Shown here piece after piece: positions 14,490-27,942 of a stretch of DNA of 64,000 bases. Every line of letters begins with the position of its first letter. Position 1 is the first letter of the stretch. The DNA comes from Adineta vaga (taxonomy: Eukaryota > Animalia > Rotifera), in NCBI GenBank assembly GCA_021613535.1, contig CP075492.1:4092001-4156000 (forward strand). Reading direction: 5' to 3'. Below the pieces are notes generated by a model, which was given only the letters and a program-made list of their open reading frames with translations, made no database searches and was not told where the DNA came from. The translations under genes were made by a program, and so were the position numbers.

Positions 14490-14675
14490 ATATAAAGTAC
14501 GATCGGTATAAAATAAGTACTTTTATTTCCTGACCTCTATTTTGTTCGAATAATACATTCGATTAAAATAAAGACTTCGCAATTTTATTTGTTATTTCTT
14601 TTTCATTCTTTATTCTAACATACATATATAAATAGTGGACTTATTTCGATTAGAAAAACATTAAATTGATTTCAA

Positions 14676-15964
14676 ATGAATCGATTCTTTGCTATTATTT
14701 TCTTGACTATTTCATTATCTATTATTGGAATAGTTAATTGTAAATCAAAATATGTTTATTCTTTATTGGAATCGACATCCCGAACAACAAGACCATCAGG
14801 AGAGATTTCATCGGTAACATCAAATGAATTACCAATTCTTAAAGGTCTTTCGATGCGATATGTTTCAATAACGTCATCAAGTATTCGAGAACCACATTGG
14901 CATGCAAATGCTGATGAATTAGGTTATTGTTTAGTAAGTTTCTTTCTTTTTCTGAAAAGAAAGGTTTTTCTTATTTGAAATTGTTTCATTATATAGAATG
15001 GTTCAGCTTTAATAACAATTTATGGAAATCATAATGAACATGATACATTTATTATTAATGAAGGTGAAATGTATTTTGTTCCATCTGGTTATTTACATCA
15101 TATTGAAAATTTTGATGATTCAATTACAGCTGAATTTATTGTTACTTTTACAAATGAATTACCTGAAGATTTTGGTTTATCAAGTACATTTTATGCTATG
15201 TATGTTTATCTTTTTTATTTTTATTAAAAATAATCTAAAAAAATATATTTTGTAGGACAAATGCTGTTCTTGGAAATACATTTCAATTACCAAGTAATGC
15301 ATTTGAAAGCATTGAACGTCGTAAGGTAGCAACAGTATTTGGATTTAAGAATAATTCAATGAATAATGAAATTCAACCTGAATTTAAATATCCAAATCAA
15401 TATAAATTTAATGCTGAAGGTTTATCAGCTAAATTAATGAATAATGAAGGAATTGTTAAAACAATAACAAAAAATGTTTGGCCTATATTAAAAGATGGTA
15501 AATTTAAATTAGAAAAACATAAGAAAATAATTTTGATTTTTTTTTCTTTCTTTTTAGTATCAATGTATTCTCTTCGAATCTCAACAATTGGTATGCGTGA
15601 ACCACATTGGCATCCAACAACAGCTGAAATGGGTTACGTTATTGAAGGTAATGCTCGAATGACAGTTCTTTCTCCTGGTGATGAACAACGGTTAGAAACA
15701 TATACACTTAAAAAAGGTGATATGTATTTTATTCCACGTGCATATCCTCATCATATTGAAAATATTGGAAATATAACAACTCGATTTCTTGTTTTCTTTG
15801 ATCAACCTATACCTGGTGACATTGGTTTAACAGGAAGTTTCTCAGCTTATTCCCGTGAAACAATTGCTGCTACATTACAATGTTCAATTAAAGATTTACC
15901 TCAATATCCATTTTATCCAGAAAGTTTATTGATTGTTAAACGAATTAATCCGATTGATCCATAA
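14676..15964 (+). CDS. Secreted oxalate-decarboxylase-like bicupin, probable HGT; exons 14676-14933, 14997-15199, 15256-15497, about 15558-15964
   Basis: Signal peptide and two cupin metal motifs, REPHWHANADE...LHHIEN and REPHWHPTTAE...PHHIEN. Confidence 0.85.
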
Positions 15965-16664
15965 TATCGAACAGAATGATCATGAACATCGATTTTTTTT
16001 CTTTGAAAAGTTCATATTACATAATAAATTTAAACATATTTTTAAAATAAACACATATTTATTTAAAAAATTTCGACAAATGATTGGTTTTGCATCTCAA
16101 AGACAACCATTATCAAACAGATTATTTTACCTCATTTGTTACCATGAAAGGTCCATTTAATTGATAAAATATCTACTGAAACTACTTTTGAAATTTTATT
16201 TTATTTTGTTTTCTATAAAAAGATCAAGTCATGTCTTCTTTTGTATAGTAAACTACGTTCTGATTTCACATTTTCCATTGTTCGCAACACAATTGAATTC
16301 ATTTCTTTTAAACAAAGATAATACAGATACTGTTGGAAAAGATACGTGAAAGGATTTATGTTCTTCAATACTTTATTCGAATATATAGATAGTGAAGACG
16401 TAATGTTTCTAATAGTAACATCGTGCAGTTCATTCATTTTTAGGTCAAATTTTTGCTAAAATTGGTCACGAATCAAGACAGCTGAGACAGTTACTGCAAG
16501 ATCATGATCATGATGGTAATTAGTTTTATATATAAATAAGTACTAACTATAATGGACTTTTTAGGCTTAGATCAAATCCATTTTGGTTCTTTGAAAGAAA
16601 TATTTTATTGTTTACAAAGAAAAGAAAATGATGATTATCCGGTAAGACTGATCGATAAAAAAAC

Positions 16665-17510
16665 ATTAATATGAAAAAAGAAATGAACTTTCTCCTCATA
16701 TTCATTTTTTCTGACGTCGTCCGCTAGAGAAACATGAGAAAAAAAGTGAACTCAGACTAATACCATCCGCTATTAATGTCATTTCAAGTTGTGTGCGCAA
16801 AGAAAAGGATATATATATATTGTACTCGAGATTCGTTATCACTCATTGGACAAACAATTATTAAGATAATATAATGACAGAAATAATTATGGTAAGATAA
16901 CGATATTGCTAATAGATTTGACTTACGAGAAACTTATGATTCTCCATTAATATTACGTGAGTCTTATTATTATCTATAACACGAGCGATTCTTCTGTTTG
17001 ATTTTCATTCTTTTTTTACGAAAACCTTTGTTTTTAGGATGATGACGAACTTTCTGGTCGCGCAGCAGCATTTATACAAGAAATGATTAATATGAAAAAA
17101 GAAATGAACTTTCTCCTCATACTCATTTTTTCTGACGTCGTCCGCTAGAGAAACATGAGAAAAAAAGTGAACTCAGACTAATACCGTTCGCTATTAATGT
17201 CATTTCAAGTTGTGTGCGCAAAGAAAAGGATATATATATATATTGTACTCGAGATTCGTTATCACTCATCGGACAAACAATCATTAAGATAATATAATGG
17301 CAGAAATAATTATGGTAAGATAACGATATTGCAAATAGATTTGACTTACGAGAAACTTATGATCCTCCATGAATATTACGTGAGTCTTAGTATTATCTAT
17401 AACAAGAGCGATTCTTCTATTTGACTTTCATTCTTTTTTTACGAAACCTTTTTTTTTAGGATGATGACGAACTTTCTGGTCGCGCAGCAGCATTTACACA
17501 AGAAATGATT
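16665..17510. repeat. Tandem direct duplication of a unit of about 422 bp
   Basis: 16665-17086 and 17087-17510 are near-identical; both begin ATTAATATGAAAAAAGAAATGAAC. Confidence 0.95.
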
Positions 17511-17600
17511 AAAATGGCTGAAAATGGCGTATTGGTCACACCCGAGATCATGAAGAATATCCTCGAGAAATTTGGGATTAAAAAAGAATATTTTGGTTAA
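17297..17600 (+). CDS. Putative 52-aa two-exon micro-protein (MAEIIM|DDDELSGRAAAFTQEMIKMAENGVLVTPEIMKNILEKFGIKKEYFG)
   Basis: ATG at 17297, GTAAG donor at 17315, pyrimidine-AG acceptor ending 17459, TAA at 17598-17600, AATAAA near 17650. Confidence 0.55.
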
Positions 17601-18286
17601 CTTCTCTTGTTAATAGAAGGAAGAAAATTCAATCTTTTCTCTTGATTTTAATAAAAGAAACATGATTTGATTGATTCAACAGTTGAAGAAAAATCGACAC
17701 GTCAATTTTTTTACGAGAAACGAACAGTACAATCACTGAGTTGAACATAAAATTTCTTTTCGATAACAATCAATGAGATAAACTTGATAATATTGTTATA
17801 TTTGACGAAAGCAAATCAAAGTGAAGATTTGAAAAAAGAAATAAGAGTTGTTGGAATTTAAATCTGATATAAAATCAAATTCTTATCTTATCACTCAAGA
17901 GAAATGATATAATACAATCTTTCTTGTATAAGAAAACAGTGCCATTTAAATCATATTTTTGTAGATAAATAAAGATGTGAAGTTTCTGTTAATTACTTGT
18001 CATATTTTTCAAGCACTACTGTATAGACGCACAATTGTTCGTTACTAAAAGATTGCGTTCGTTTCATACTTCGATTTACAGAAAAGAGCATGATTGAAAT
18101 TTGGTTTTAGGTATCTCTGGTTTTCTTATTGATTCAAAACCAAGCTTTGATTTAACTAATAGAACATTAGAAGAGAAACTTTTTCTACGAATTTTCCGAA
18201 GAATAATTATACATGTTAATAGAACTTATTAAACAGTTTTCATCGTCATTAAAATCATTATCTTTAGAAAAATAGCCTAATAAGAT

Positions 18287-18546
18287 AGAAACATATACTT
18301 AAAACAGGTGATATGTATTTTATTCCACGTGCATATCCTCATCATATTAAAAATATAACAACTCGATTTCTTGTTTTCTTTGATCGACTTGCACCTGGTG
18401 ATATTGGTTTAACAGGAAGTTTCTCAGCTTATTCCCGTGAAACAATTGCTGCTACATTACAATGTTCAATTAAAGATTTACCTCAATATCCATTTTATCC
18501 AGAAAGTTTATTGATTGTTAAACGAATTAATCCAATTGATCCATAA
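18287..18546 (+). pseudogene. 3' fragment copy of the bicupin gene
   Basis: Near-identical to 15692-15964 with a 9-bp deletion; no 5' exons. Confidence 0.9.
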
Positions 18547-18722
18547 AAACAAACTTTGATTATTCTTTTTTTTATTTGATAATAAATTCGGTTTAAAATA
18601 AACATTCTTTAAGTAAATAGAAAAAACTAAGAGATCGATAATTTTATGAAAAATATTTCAACAATAGATTTAAGAATTATTAGATAATTGAATATTAAAT
18701 TCAGTTCATTGAAGCAAAAAAT

Positions 18723-18860
18723 ATGCTTGAGAAATGTTCATTTGATTCGTTATCAATCGAAATTTTATTTGAAATCTTTGATTATTTATTACCAAATGAT
18801 ATTATTCATGAATCTTTTTTGTTTAAATCAACAATTCAATTATAAATTCTTTGATTAAGA
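18723..18860 (+). pseudogene. F-box-like remnant
   Basis: MLEKCSFDSLSIEILFEIFDYLLPNDII followed by a frameshift and stop. Confidence 0.45.
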
Positions 18861-19336
18861 GTATGAACAAATGATTGACTCATTTAACAGAAACAAGTTA
18901 TCATGTTATTCTCACATTACTCCATAAACTATGATCATCTTTCCTGCACATAAACAGTTTAATCTTCAAGATCTATATGATTATGTAGAATTGAACTAAT
19001 TAAAAACACTAATAGTAGTATATTAGTATGCTCTGATGGACGAATAGAAAAGAGAGTTGTTTCGTCATAAATGCGCTCGAATTTATACCTGCATTTTGTT
19101 ATTGAAGTTATATATTTATGCAAAACTTCCAGATATCTCTTGATCAGCAGGACAGAATTCAGCGCATTAACATATTTTTCTTTCTGTTATACTAATACAT
19201 GAAACAAGAATGAAACCGACAAAGTTACCAAACAAAACCTATGAATCAATTCTCCACCAATGACCATTCCAAATGCTATTCGTAGAACAATCCGCTTCAT
19301 CCATTTATTGTCAAAGTTCGATTAAGAAAAGTGATC

Positions 19337-20195
19337 ATATTTATATTCTTTCTCAAGACAAAGAGAAAAAAAACCTTACTATCGATAAAATTTTTGTTAT
19401 GCATCTGATTTTGAGAAGAACATCAAATAAAAACAATTTTGAAAAAAAACAAACGATATTTTGTTTTCTTGTGTTTGCAGAGTTTTGTTCTATCTTTCTC
19501 TCTTTCTGATGTTATTTTCACGTTTATTAGTTCCACGAATAAAACTGAATGTTGTTTGTCGATTGAAGTCCATAGATAGAAACTTACTTGATGAACTAGT
19601 TTGAATCAAATCCAAGGCCGAAATGAAGTGAAACAACATCAAATTCATATCGAACCTCGTCTAATATCATTACAGCAACACAAGACAATAATCATTTTCA
19701 AGTCAACCAATGGAATTCGTTAGAAATTGATATTTCTCGAAGATACAGTTTCATCAAAACATTCAATCAAGTTAGTTCTACATCTTCTATTTGTTATCAT
19801 TGTTTTGAATTGAAACATTTTTCTTTTAGTTATCCGAAAGTCTTTCAACCGTTCCATTGAATGATGTCAATGTTTTTCTCGTTGAACTAATAACATATCG
19901 TTATCCGAATATTAAGTTAGTAACTTATGTCTCTCAAATACAACAAATTCGTGCTATACTCAATACCATACTTCATTGTCAATTGCTAACTAAACGTCCG
20001 ATTTATCATATATCAGGAAGAGATGTAGCAACACGTTTTGGTTTATTTATTGGCAAAGAACAGTCGAGTGCTGAGTTTTTTCTGACAAATCTGATATTTA
20101 ATAATATCGATGACAAACAAATTATCATGAATCAACGAAAGGACAACGAGAACCAATGGTCCGATGTTTGTCGAGAGCATTAGCTTTTCTTCAAT
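19337..20195 (+). pseudogene. Degenerate mosaic TEFM copy C
   Basis: The 5' part matches copy A, including the TGA. The 3' part matches copy B, with deletions. Confidence 0.85.
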
Positions 20196-20836
20196 GTGTG
20201 CATTTGAAATAAAATAAATTCTTGAATATAAAGAATCAGATTATTATCTATTGTTCCATAGATTTAGCTAACGTATATTGTTTGAAAGAGACAATCTGAT
20301 GAATAATGGTTTGTATATTTTCTTTTAAGCATGTTGAATATGATAGATGAGTTTCAGCAGTGTTTATATTTGAAAAGGCAACTATAGAAATAAAAGGTCA
20401 AATCTTTCAAATCAATGAGTTATTATATTTCAATCTTCAAGGTTTCACATGGACAAGCAATCCATATAAGTAATCATGGTTATATTCTGTTTTCTTTCTT
20501 CCTTTTGTGAAAAAACGCAGAAGATTTCAATTGATATGAGAAAGAAAGATAGAAAGAGAGAAGAGAACAAGGGTATGGTCATCGTGTATGTTTTTCTGTT
20601 ATGTATCCGTCAGTTTGGATTCTGTACATATCTATATGTATGGCTAGTCGACCGTTGTAACATATATATTGTGAAAAATGGAATCGTAAAGAAACGAATA
20701 TGGCGAAGAAAAAGATGCCTTGTTCTCTATTTCTCTCTCTTTCTATCACTTTCTCTTTATATATATATATCCGACGTTAAGTTAGTGCAATTCATTACCA
20801 ACCTTTTTGTACTAAACTTATCGTTAAAAATTCATA

Positions 20837-21491
20837 ATGGTCGCTGTTGATCTGTTAAATCGAAAATTATCATATGTTGGCGCATTTTTTGCCTTTGCCG
20901 GTGTTATTCTTGGTGCTATTGCATTGGGAACAAACTACTGGTCAATGATGGGTGTTTCAACTCCAAATACAGCTATTCCAACAGAAAATGGAACGCTAAT
21001 TATGAATGGAAATATTGATTGGACATGGCGAGTAAGTTTTTTTTATCGGATGTATTGAATTAAATATAATAATGTTTTTTTCGCCATAGGGTCTTTTCTA
21101 CTATTGTATGAGCCGTGACAACAATGAATGTAGATTCAGTTTTGTACCATCGGTATTTATCCTTTGTTTGATTGGATTAATGTTCTTACTCGCCGGTGGA
21201 ATCTTCCTTTGTTGGGATATGTTCAAAATTAGTGATCGAAGATTCATTATTCCAGTTTTTTTCTTTATTGCTTGTGTCTTAATGACAGCAGGTGTATTTG
21301 AATATGGAACATGGGAACGTTTAAATTCACATTCATCTCGAACAATGATCGCAGCTATCGTTTTTGTTTATTCAGCTTTACCTATTGCTGCTTTTATTGC
21401 AGGTCGATATTCAGTTTTTGATCGATTTGGTACTAATGGACATGTTAGCAACGGACAAAAATATGTTGCTACATCAACTAATGGAAACTAA
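20837..21491 (+). CDS. Claudin/PMP22-like four-TM protein, 2 exons
   Basis: TM1 followed by TNYW, a W-x-GLF..C motif spanning the intron, and three more hydrophobic helices. Confidence 0.75.
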
Positions 21492-21976
21492 TTAATTCAA
21501 TGAAATTACTTTTCTCGCCCTAGATATTATTAGCGTTCTTTTCGTTTTGTCTGTTATTGAAATGTGTTCTTGTTATTCTTCAGCTATGTGCGAAAAATAT
21601 TCAATAGTTATTCAAATAAATACTCAAATGAGCTTCATGAATTTTTATTCTTTAGTAAAAGGCAATTTAAACGGACAAATTTTAATTGAAGAGAAAAAAG
21701 GAAATATTGCAGATATATTCATATAAATATTTCGAACGAAATCAGTTGAGAGTTACGAAATATTGACGATAAAGAAAGGATTGATTTACAGAGACGTTAC
21801 TCGAAGGAAACGTTGCGTTGTCGATAAGACGATGCATTACATTTTTTTCATTGAAGTTTTGCTCTCGTATTCGACACACGTGAATGATTTTTACCAATAG
21901 AGCATGTCTATGCGTTCTGCATATATGACGAATATTAATGAAAAGATGATATTTGGTTATATTTGAAGGAAGTGAC

Positions 21977-23683
21977 ATGTTGCAACCGAGGCAACGTGGT
22001 GCTCTGGGAAATATGTATCCCTTAAGTCGATATTTATGTCGTATTTGTACACTCAGTGTAACAATTTCATTGTTTATTATAACATTTAATTCTTTCTTCT
22101 CTGGACATGATTCTACTTCATTAACTTCTTCTTCCATCGATCCTGATTTAATAAGGAAGGCCGTAGAAGCAACACAATCGACGTCAACTACTTCATCACT
22201 ATTCGTTATGAATCATTCATCAACAGTAATGACAAGGTAATTTACGCAATTATAAGCGAAAAAATGTATTGTATTATATCTGTACTATGTTTGTATATTA
22301 TTAAGATCTTCAAATATTGTATTTGATAAATAAAATCTTCATGATTGATTTGCTATTTTGAAAGATTCTCTTAATTCATATATAGGGAAACATTTATTCC
22401 GGATATATTTGATTTAACTCTGTGGCGTCATGCTATTATTGGTTTACATGGTAATCAAACAAAATGTCGAGTACCTCGTATTTATCGTTCAATTGCGAAT
22501 GCGTTTTGTCAAGCACTTGGTCGAGGCGATTGTCCAAGAATTCCGTGTACACTCGTTCATATTTCGGATGAATTTACACAAAATATTGAATGTCTTCGTG
22601 GTGGAAAATTAGCTGTTCGAGTGAAACCTGATTGGATATGTCGAAAAAGTGCAGCATTAGAAATTTTATCGAATCCTAATAGAAAACCATCAATTCAAGC
22701 CGAAGCTTATACTCGATTAACATCGGAATTGTATGCTGAAGCATTAGCACCCTATCATGATAAAGAAACAACAAAATGGGGTTTGACTTTAGAAGGTGAA
22801 TCTATAGGATATTATCCTAGTGTTATTCTAAGAACAAGATTATTATCTTTGTTTGATATAACAATTGGATATGATCGAAGAATTTTTGATGTTGTAACTG
22901 ATTTATATTTAATGGATTATGTAGATCTTTTAACTAACAAGTTGCACCAACGATTAACAGTTAGACAAGTAGTAGATAATAAAGTGAGAGGTTAGTATAA
23001 AGGAGAATTGTCATCGGACATTTCTTTTCAACTATTGAATGCATTTTTATTTAGGTCGAGCTCCTATCCTATGGATGAATAGTAATTGTGATACTCCATC
23101 GAATCGTACTGGTTACATGCTTGAATTAAAACGTTATATTGAAGTTGATGTTCGTGGTAAATGTGGAAATCCTAATTGGAATGAATCATCTATACCTACA
23201 GATGAAATCGATCCGAAAGTATTAGCTAAAGAAAAACTAGTTATCACTGGTGAATATATGTTTACAGTAGCTATTGAAAATACATTAGAATATGATTATG
23301 TTACTGAAAAATTATGGCAACCATTAGCTGCTGGTAGTATTCCATTGTATTTGGGTGCACCAAATGTTGATGAATGGTTACCTTGTCATAATAAATCATG
23401 TATTATTGATTTAAGAGAATATAAATCACCGAAAGATCTTGCTGATCATCTTCATCTGATTATTCAACGTCGACATCTTCATCTACGTTATCATGAATGG
23501 AGAAAAAAAGCATTTGTTCAACCAAGCTTTCTCAATATGGTTAATTATCTTCGAGAATCCAATCAACATACCGTAGAATGTATGATTTGTGATATGGTTC
23601 ATCGAAAAGATCACGGTGAAACGAGAGCGAAATTATTAAAATCAACGAATCCATTCAATAATCCATTTCCTTCTTTAGTTTAA
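21977..23683 (+). CDS. Alpha-1,3/4-fucosyltransferase (GT10), type II membrane protein, 3 exons
   Basis: N-terminal TM; motif YMFTVAIENTLEYDYVTEKLWQPLAAGSIPLYLGAP. Confidence 0.9.
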
Positions 23684-24011
23684 TAATCGTTTTTCTTTTA
23701 CAGTAGGAGAATCTGAAGATTTGCTTTTTGTCAAATAAATGTCTTTTATTTCTATTCTTTTTAAAAATCTTTTTCATACGTGAAAACAATTATCATTTAC
23801 GAATACGATACCTTCCTTCCTTTTCTTCTATATCTATATCATAATAACGTTCTATCCAATACGCTTCGACATGTCTATTCACTTTCGACACATTAATGCA
23901 CTTGAAAATCAATTCTTCATTTCATTTGTTCCAGTCGTTCTCCAATCGACATATCAAGCTAATGTTTGAATGAAATGAAGTATTTTATAAATAATTAAAT
24001 CTCGATAAAGA

Positions 24012-26642
24012 ATGTCGGAATCTCTTCGAGATCATGATAAATCGTCAAATAATAACTTTTCACAAACCTTTCGAAATAGTAAAAATGATTCAGATCGACA
24101 CGATCGAAAACGTTCACACCTTGATTTGTAAATATTTCGAAAATTCGCACATTTTTTCTTTCAGTTATCTTCTCTTATCTTTCATAGAGACAATATTGAT
24201 GCTAAAGTGTGTATTAGAAATGTTCCAACCAAGAAGGCCACCGATGAAGAATTATTGAATTTTTTCAAACCATATGGCAAAATTTCAGGTTTGATTCTTC
24301 TATTTCAATAAGTTTCTTTTTTTTCATTTTGATTTGATTTGCTTAGGTATACAAGTATTCAAGGATTATATATTTGTACAATATAATCGCATTGATGATG
24401 CAAATAAATTAATAAAAGAAGCTCAAACATCTTTGATATTCAAAGGAAATAAACTTGGTAAAGATTCATAATGAAAGAAATCAAAATGATTATTTATTAA
24501 GTTTGTTATTTAGATGTTCTACCAGCAAGAGAAATGAGATCGACAAGTACAAGATCATCATCGACAGATAGATCATCAAAAAGGTATTTGCTATTTTTTT
24601 TGAAGAACTATCATGAATTTTATTTGTATGATTTAGTCACGATAGAAGTGCTCATCGTTCATCAACAAATTATGAACCACAGAGAAAACGTTTTTTTCCA
24701 CGTGAACGATCCAATCTTATTCCACAACCGTAATTTGAAAAAAATACGACTTGTTTTTTCTTCTTATTGAAGAATTTATTCTTTTAGTGAACGAATTGGA
24801 TTAGAGCATGGTGATCGTATGCATGTTTCTTCAGCAAGATTGAGTTCTCGTCGTTCTTCTAATGAATCATTATCTCTCAATCAACAGATACCGTATGCAA
24901 TTTTAACTGGTCCGAAAAATTCCAATACACTTGTCGATTGTCAAATAATTATTGTTAATGCCCGGCAAAGGTAAATGATTTCATTTTATGAAAAGTGAAA
25001 ATAATTATCTTTTTGTTTCATAGGGAATATGCTGAAGAAATTGAATCTCGTCTTGGTGCTCATGGAATGATTACATCAGTAATACTTCTTCGAGAAGATT
25101 ACACACTTGTTGAAGCAATTGACAATGCTGCTCGATTACAATGTTTATATGGAATTATTGCAATGCCTATGCATGAAGATCGACGTACTGCATCATTTCA
25201 TATTCTTTATGGACAAACAGAAGGTTAGAATAATATCAAAGTTTTCTTATTCCTGGAAATGAGATGTATAACCAAAAATAATTCTCATTCTAGAACATCG
25301 AAATTTAACACTAGAAGATGGTATTCATATAATTATTTCAAACTTTATATCCTATAAGCAACGTCTGCATAATGATGATGTCAATCCACATGGTTCATCA
25401 AATACTAATTCAGTAGCCTATTCGAATTCAAGTCCATCTTATGATTATCGTAGTCAGTCTAACAATCATTCACAAGAAAGCACAACAGCTCCACCAGTTA
25501 TACATCTTGGCGATAAATTACCATTATCCATGTTATTATGTCTCTTAGCTGATGGAAGACAATTAACATTAGAAGAAATCGATCGTGTACTTGTTTATTT
25601 ACTCGAAAAGAAAGCAAAGATGTTAACATTACCTGTTGGTACATTACCACCATTACCTGCTCAATATGCATCAGTAGCAACGATGAATCATCAAACAGGT
25701 GGTTTGATTATTTTTGTTTTTCTATTTATTGATTGTTTTATAATCAAATATTTCCGAATAGAACTACTCGTTTTAAATATATATATTACGCTTATCATTC
25801 TTATCAGAAGTAATCGGTCACTCGAGAAAAAAATTCAGATCAGATAAATTTCGTCTATGTGTGTGCGTGTGTATATATATCTTATGAGTTCATTCGATTG
25901 AGACTATGGATCCCGTGATTTATTCATATATTCCATTAACTATGGAGGTATTATTTTCTGCAAAGGCTCTGGTCTCCTATCGGATCTATCATCTGGAAAA
26001 TCGACGACTTCTTCAAATGAAACATCAGCTTCAATAGCTGAACAAATTCGTCAAATTCTTTCATCAAATATAATCAAAGCGAATTCATCTACTGGCGAAA
26101 CAATTTCACCACCAATGTTATCGAAAACTTCAATAAATACATTACCCGACAATCTCAAAGTTGAACGAACAATCCCTTCACAATCAAATAATAACATTAA
26201 AGAATCACCGAAAGAATATGCTCAACAACAACAAAATGTCCAATCTTCGTTTTCATATGCAAAAAGTGAGCCAATGCCGGTAGCACCGGCTACATTTAAT
26301 TATGCATCTTCGTCAATTCCAACTACTGGAACAGTTGGTTCATTTGCTGCACCAAATTTTTCATCTTTTAATAACGGAACACCATCATTACAGCTCAATT
26401 CTGGTTTAAAACCGGTCACATCAGTAAACGTTCCAAGTTTTGGTTCTCAACCTTCTCAATACTTCTATCCAGTTCCTACACAACCTGTTTATCAATCATC
26501 ATTAAACTCTACAGCAGCTAATACAGCTGCAGCGCTCTTTCAAGCTTATTCACAATTTCATGTACAGCCGACTGCAACATCACCGATTGTGAATCAACAA
26601 ATTACCACACAGCAACAACAACAACAACAAATTCGTAAATAA
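24012..26642 (+). CDS. NCOA5: Nuclear receptor coactivator 5-like (RRM, anticodon-binding-like domain, Q/S/P-rich tail)
   Basis: RRM (FKPYGKISGIQVFKDYIFVQY) and DCQIIIVN..REYAEEIESRL...ILYGQTEEHRNLTLEDG. Confidence 0.8.
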
Positions 26643-27195
26643 AAGAGAATGTTTTTTTTTGTAAACTTTGTTTGTTTTCGGTTGTAAAGATCACTTACTA
26701 CTAGTAGCTAATAAACTATAACATATGAATGAACTTCATAGAGTACGATAAATTGTCATCTATTTATTTCTAGCAAATTCAATCGTTCAGATATTGAAAG
26801 AATATATGTAGAATCTATGAAGAAGATGGAATTATTCTTCCGATCAACAGAATGTTTAGCAATATAATTTGATCAATGCTGCTGTTAAAAAGAATTGAAA
26901 GAGGATCGTTACTAAATACGATCAAGTAAGCTTTAATAAATAATCTCCGCTTCTCGTTAAAATGCAAAACGAAAAAGAACAGAATAAGAATGTAGATATC
27001 GATAATTCTTCAACTGACAATACTGAATATTGACATGCACTTTATTTCGGTATGGATTGATGAGTGTCATCTTGCAGTATTTTTCGATGCACAGGCAAAA
27101 TAAATCAATACGCAAATATTTGTGTTGTGAAAAAATCGTATTTATTTCTTTTTACTTTCTAAAGCCAAAACAAAAGAATATACTTTTCTTGACGC

Positions 27196-27942
27196 ATGGG
27201 TAATTCAAAATCTAAGACAGCAACTGCTGATGAATCTCAATATCAATACCAATCACCTGGACCCAATGACTCACGTTCACCGTGTCCTGCGCTCAATGTT
27301 CTTGCTAATCATGGTTATCTACCCCGAGATGGTAAGAATATTTCACCTGAAGAATTTCAATTCGTTCTACAGGTATGTAAACTTCGATCAATCATAAAGC
27401 TTATGCGATTTCTGTAGGAAAAAATGGGTTTGAGTTGGTTAGCGGCGAAGACCATTCTCAAACAAGCATACAAAACTGTTGGTCATGATGGAGTACTTTC
27501 TCTTTCTGATCTCTGTTATCATGCACATAATAGTATTGAACATGATGGTTCTCTAAGTAGAATCGATGCAGCACTATCAAATAATCAACAAGGCAAATTT
27601 AATCAAGAACGTTTCAATAAATTTTTATCTTTCTCCAAAGATGGACAATATTTAACAACAGAAGATGTAGCTACTGCTCGCCTGTATTTCAAAGCAGATA
27701 GTCATGCTAATAATCCACAATGTATATGGAATAAAGATATTGAAGAAGCTATGTGGACAGAAGCGTCCATTCTTTTACATATATTAGGTAAGAATGGGCG
27801 AATCAGTATTGCAGATGCAAAATTATTTTTCGAACGAGAAACATTTCCAGAAGGTTGGCAAAAACATCCATCATTTGGTGTACGTGAACGATATTCAGCT
27901 GTGAAAGCATTGAAAAGTGCAGCACGTAAATTAGACAAATAG
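27196..27942 (+). CDS. Heme-thiolate peroxidase / unspecific peroxygenase (chloroperoxidase family), probable HGT; one intron 27373-27417
   Basis: Proximal-Cys motif RSPCPALNVLANHGYLPRDG and EHDGSLSR. Confidence 0.9.

Noticed and set aside
16430-16645. Two exon-like segments with splice sites
   Set aside because: No start, stop or family could be assigned.
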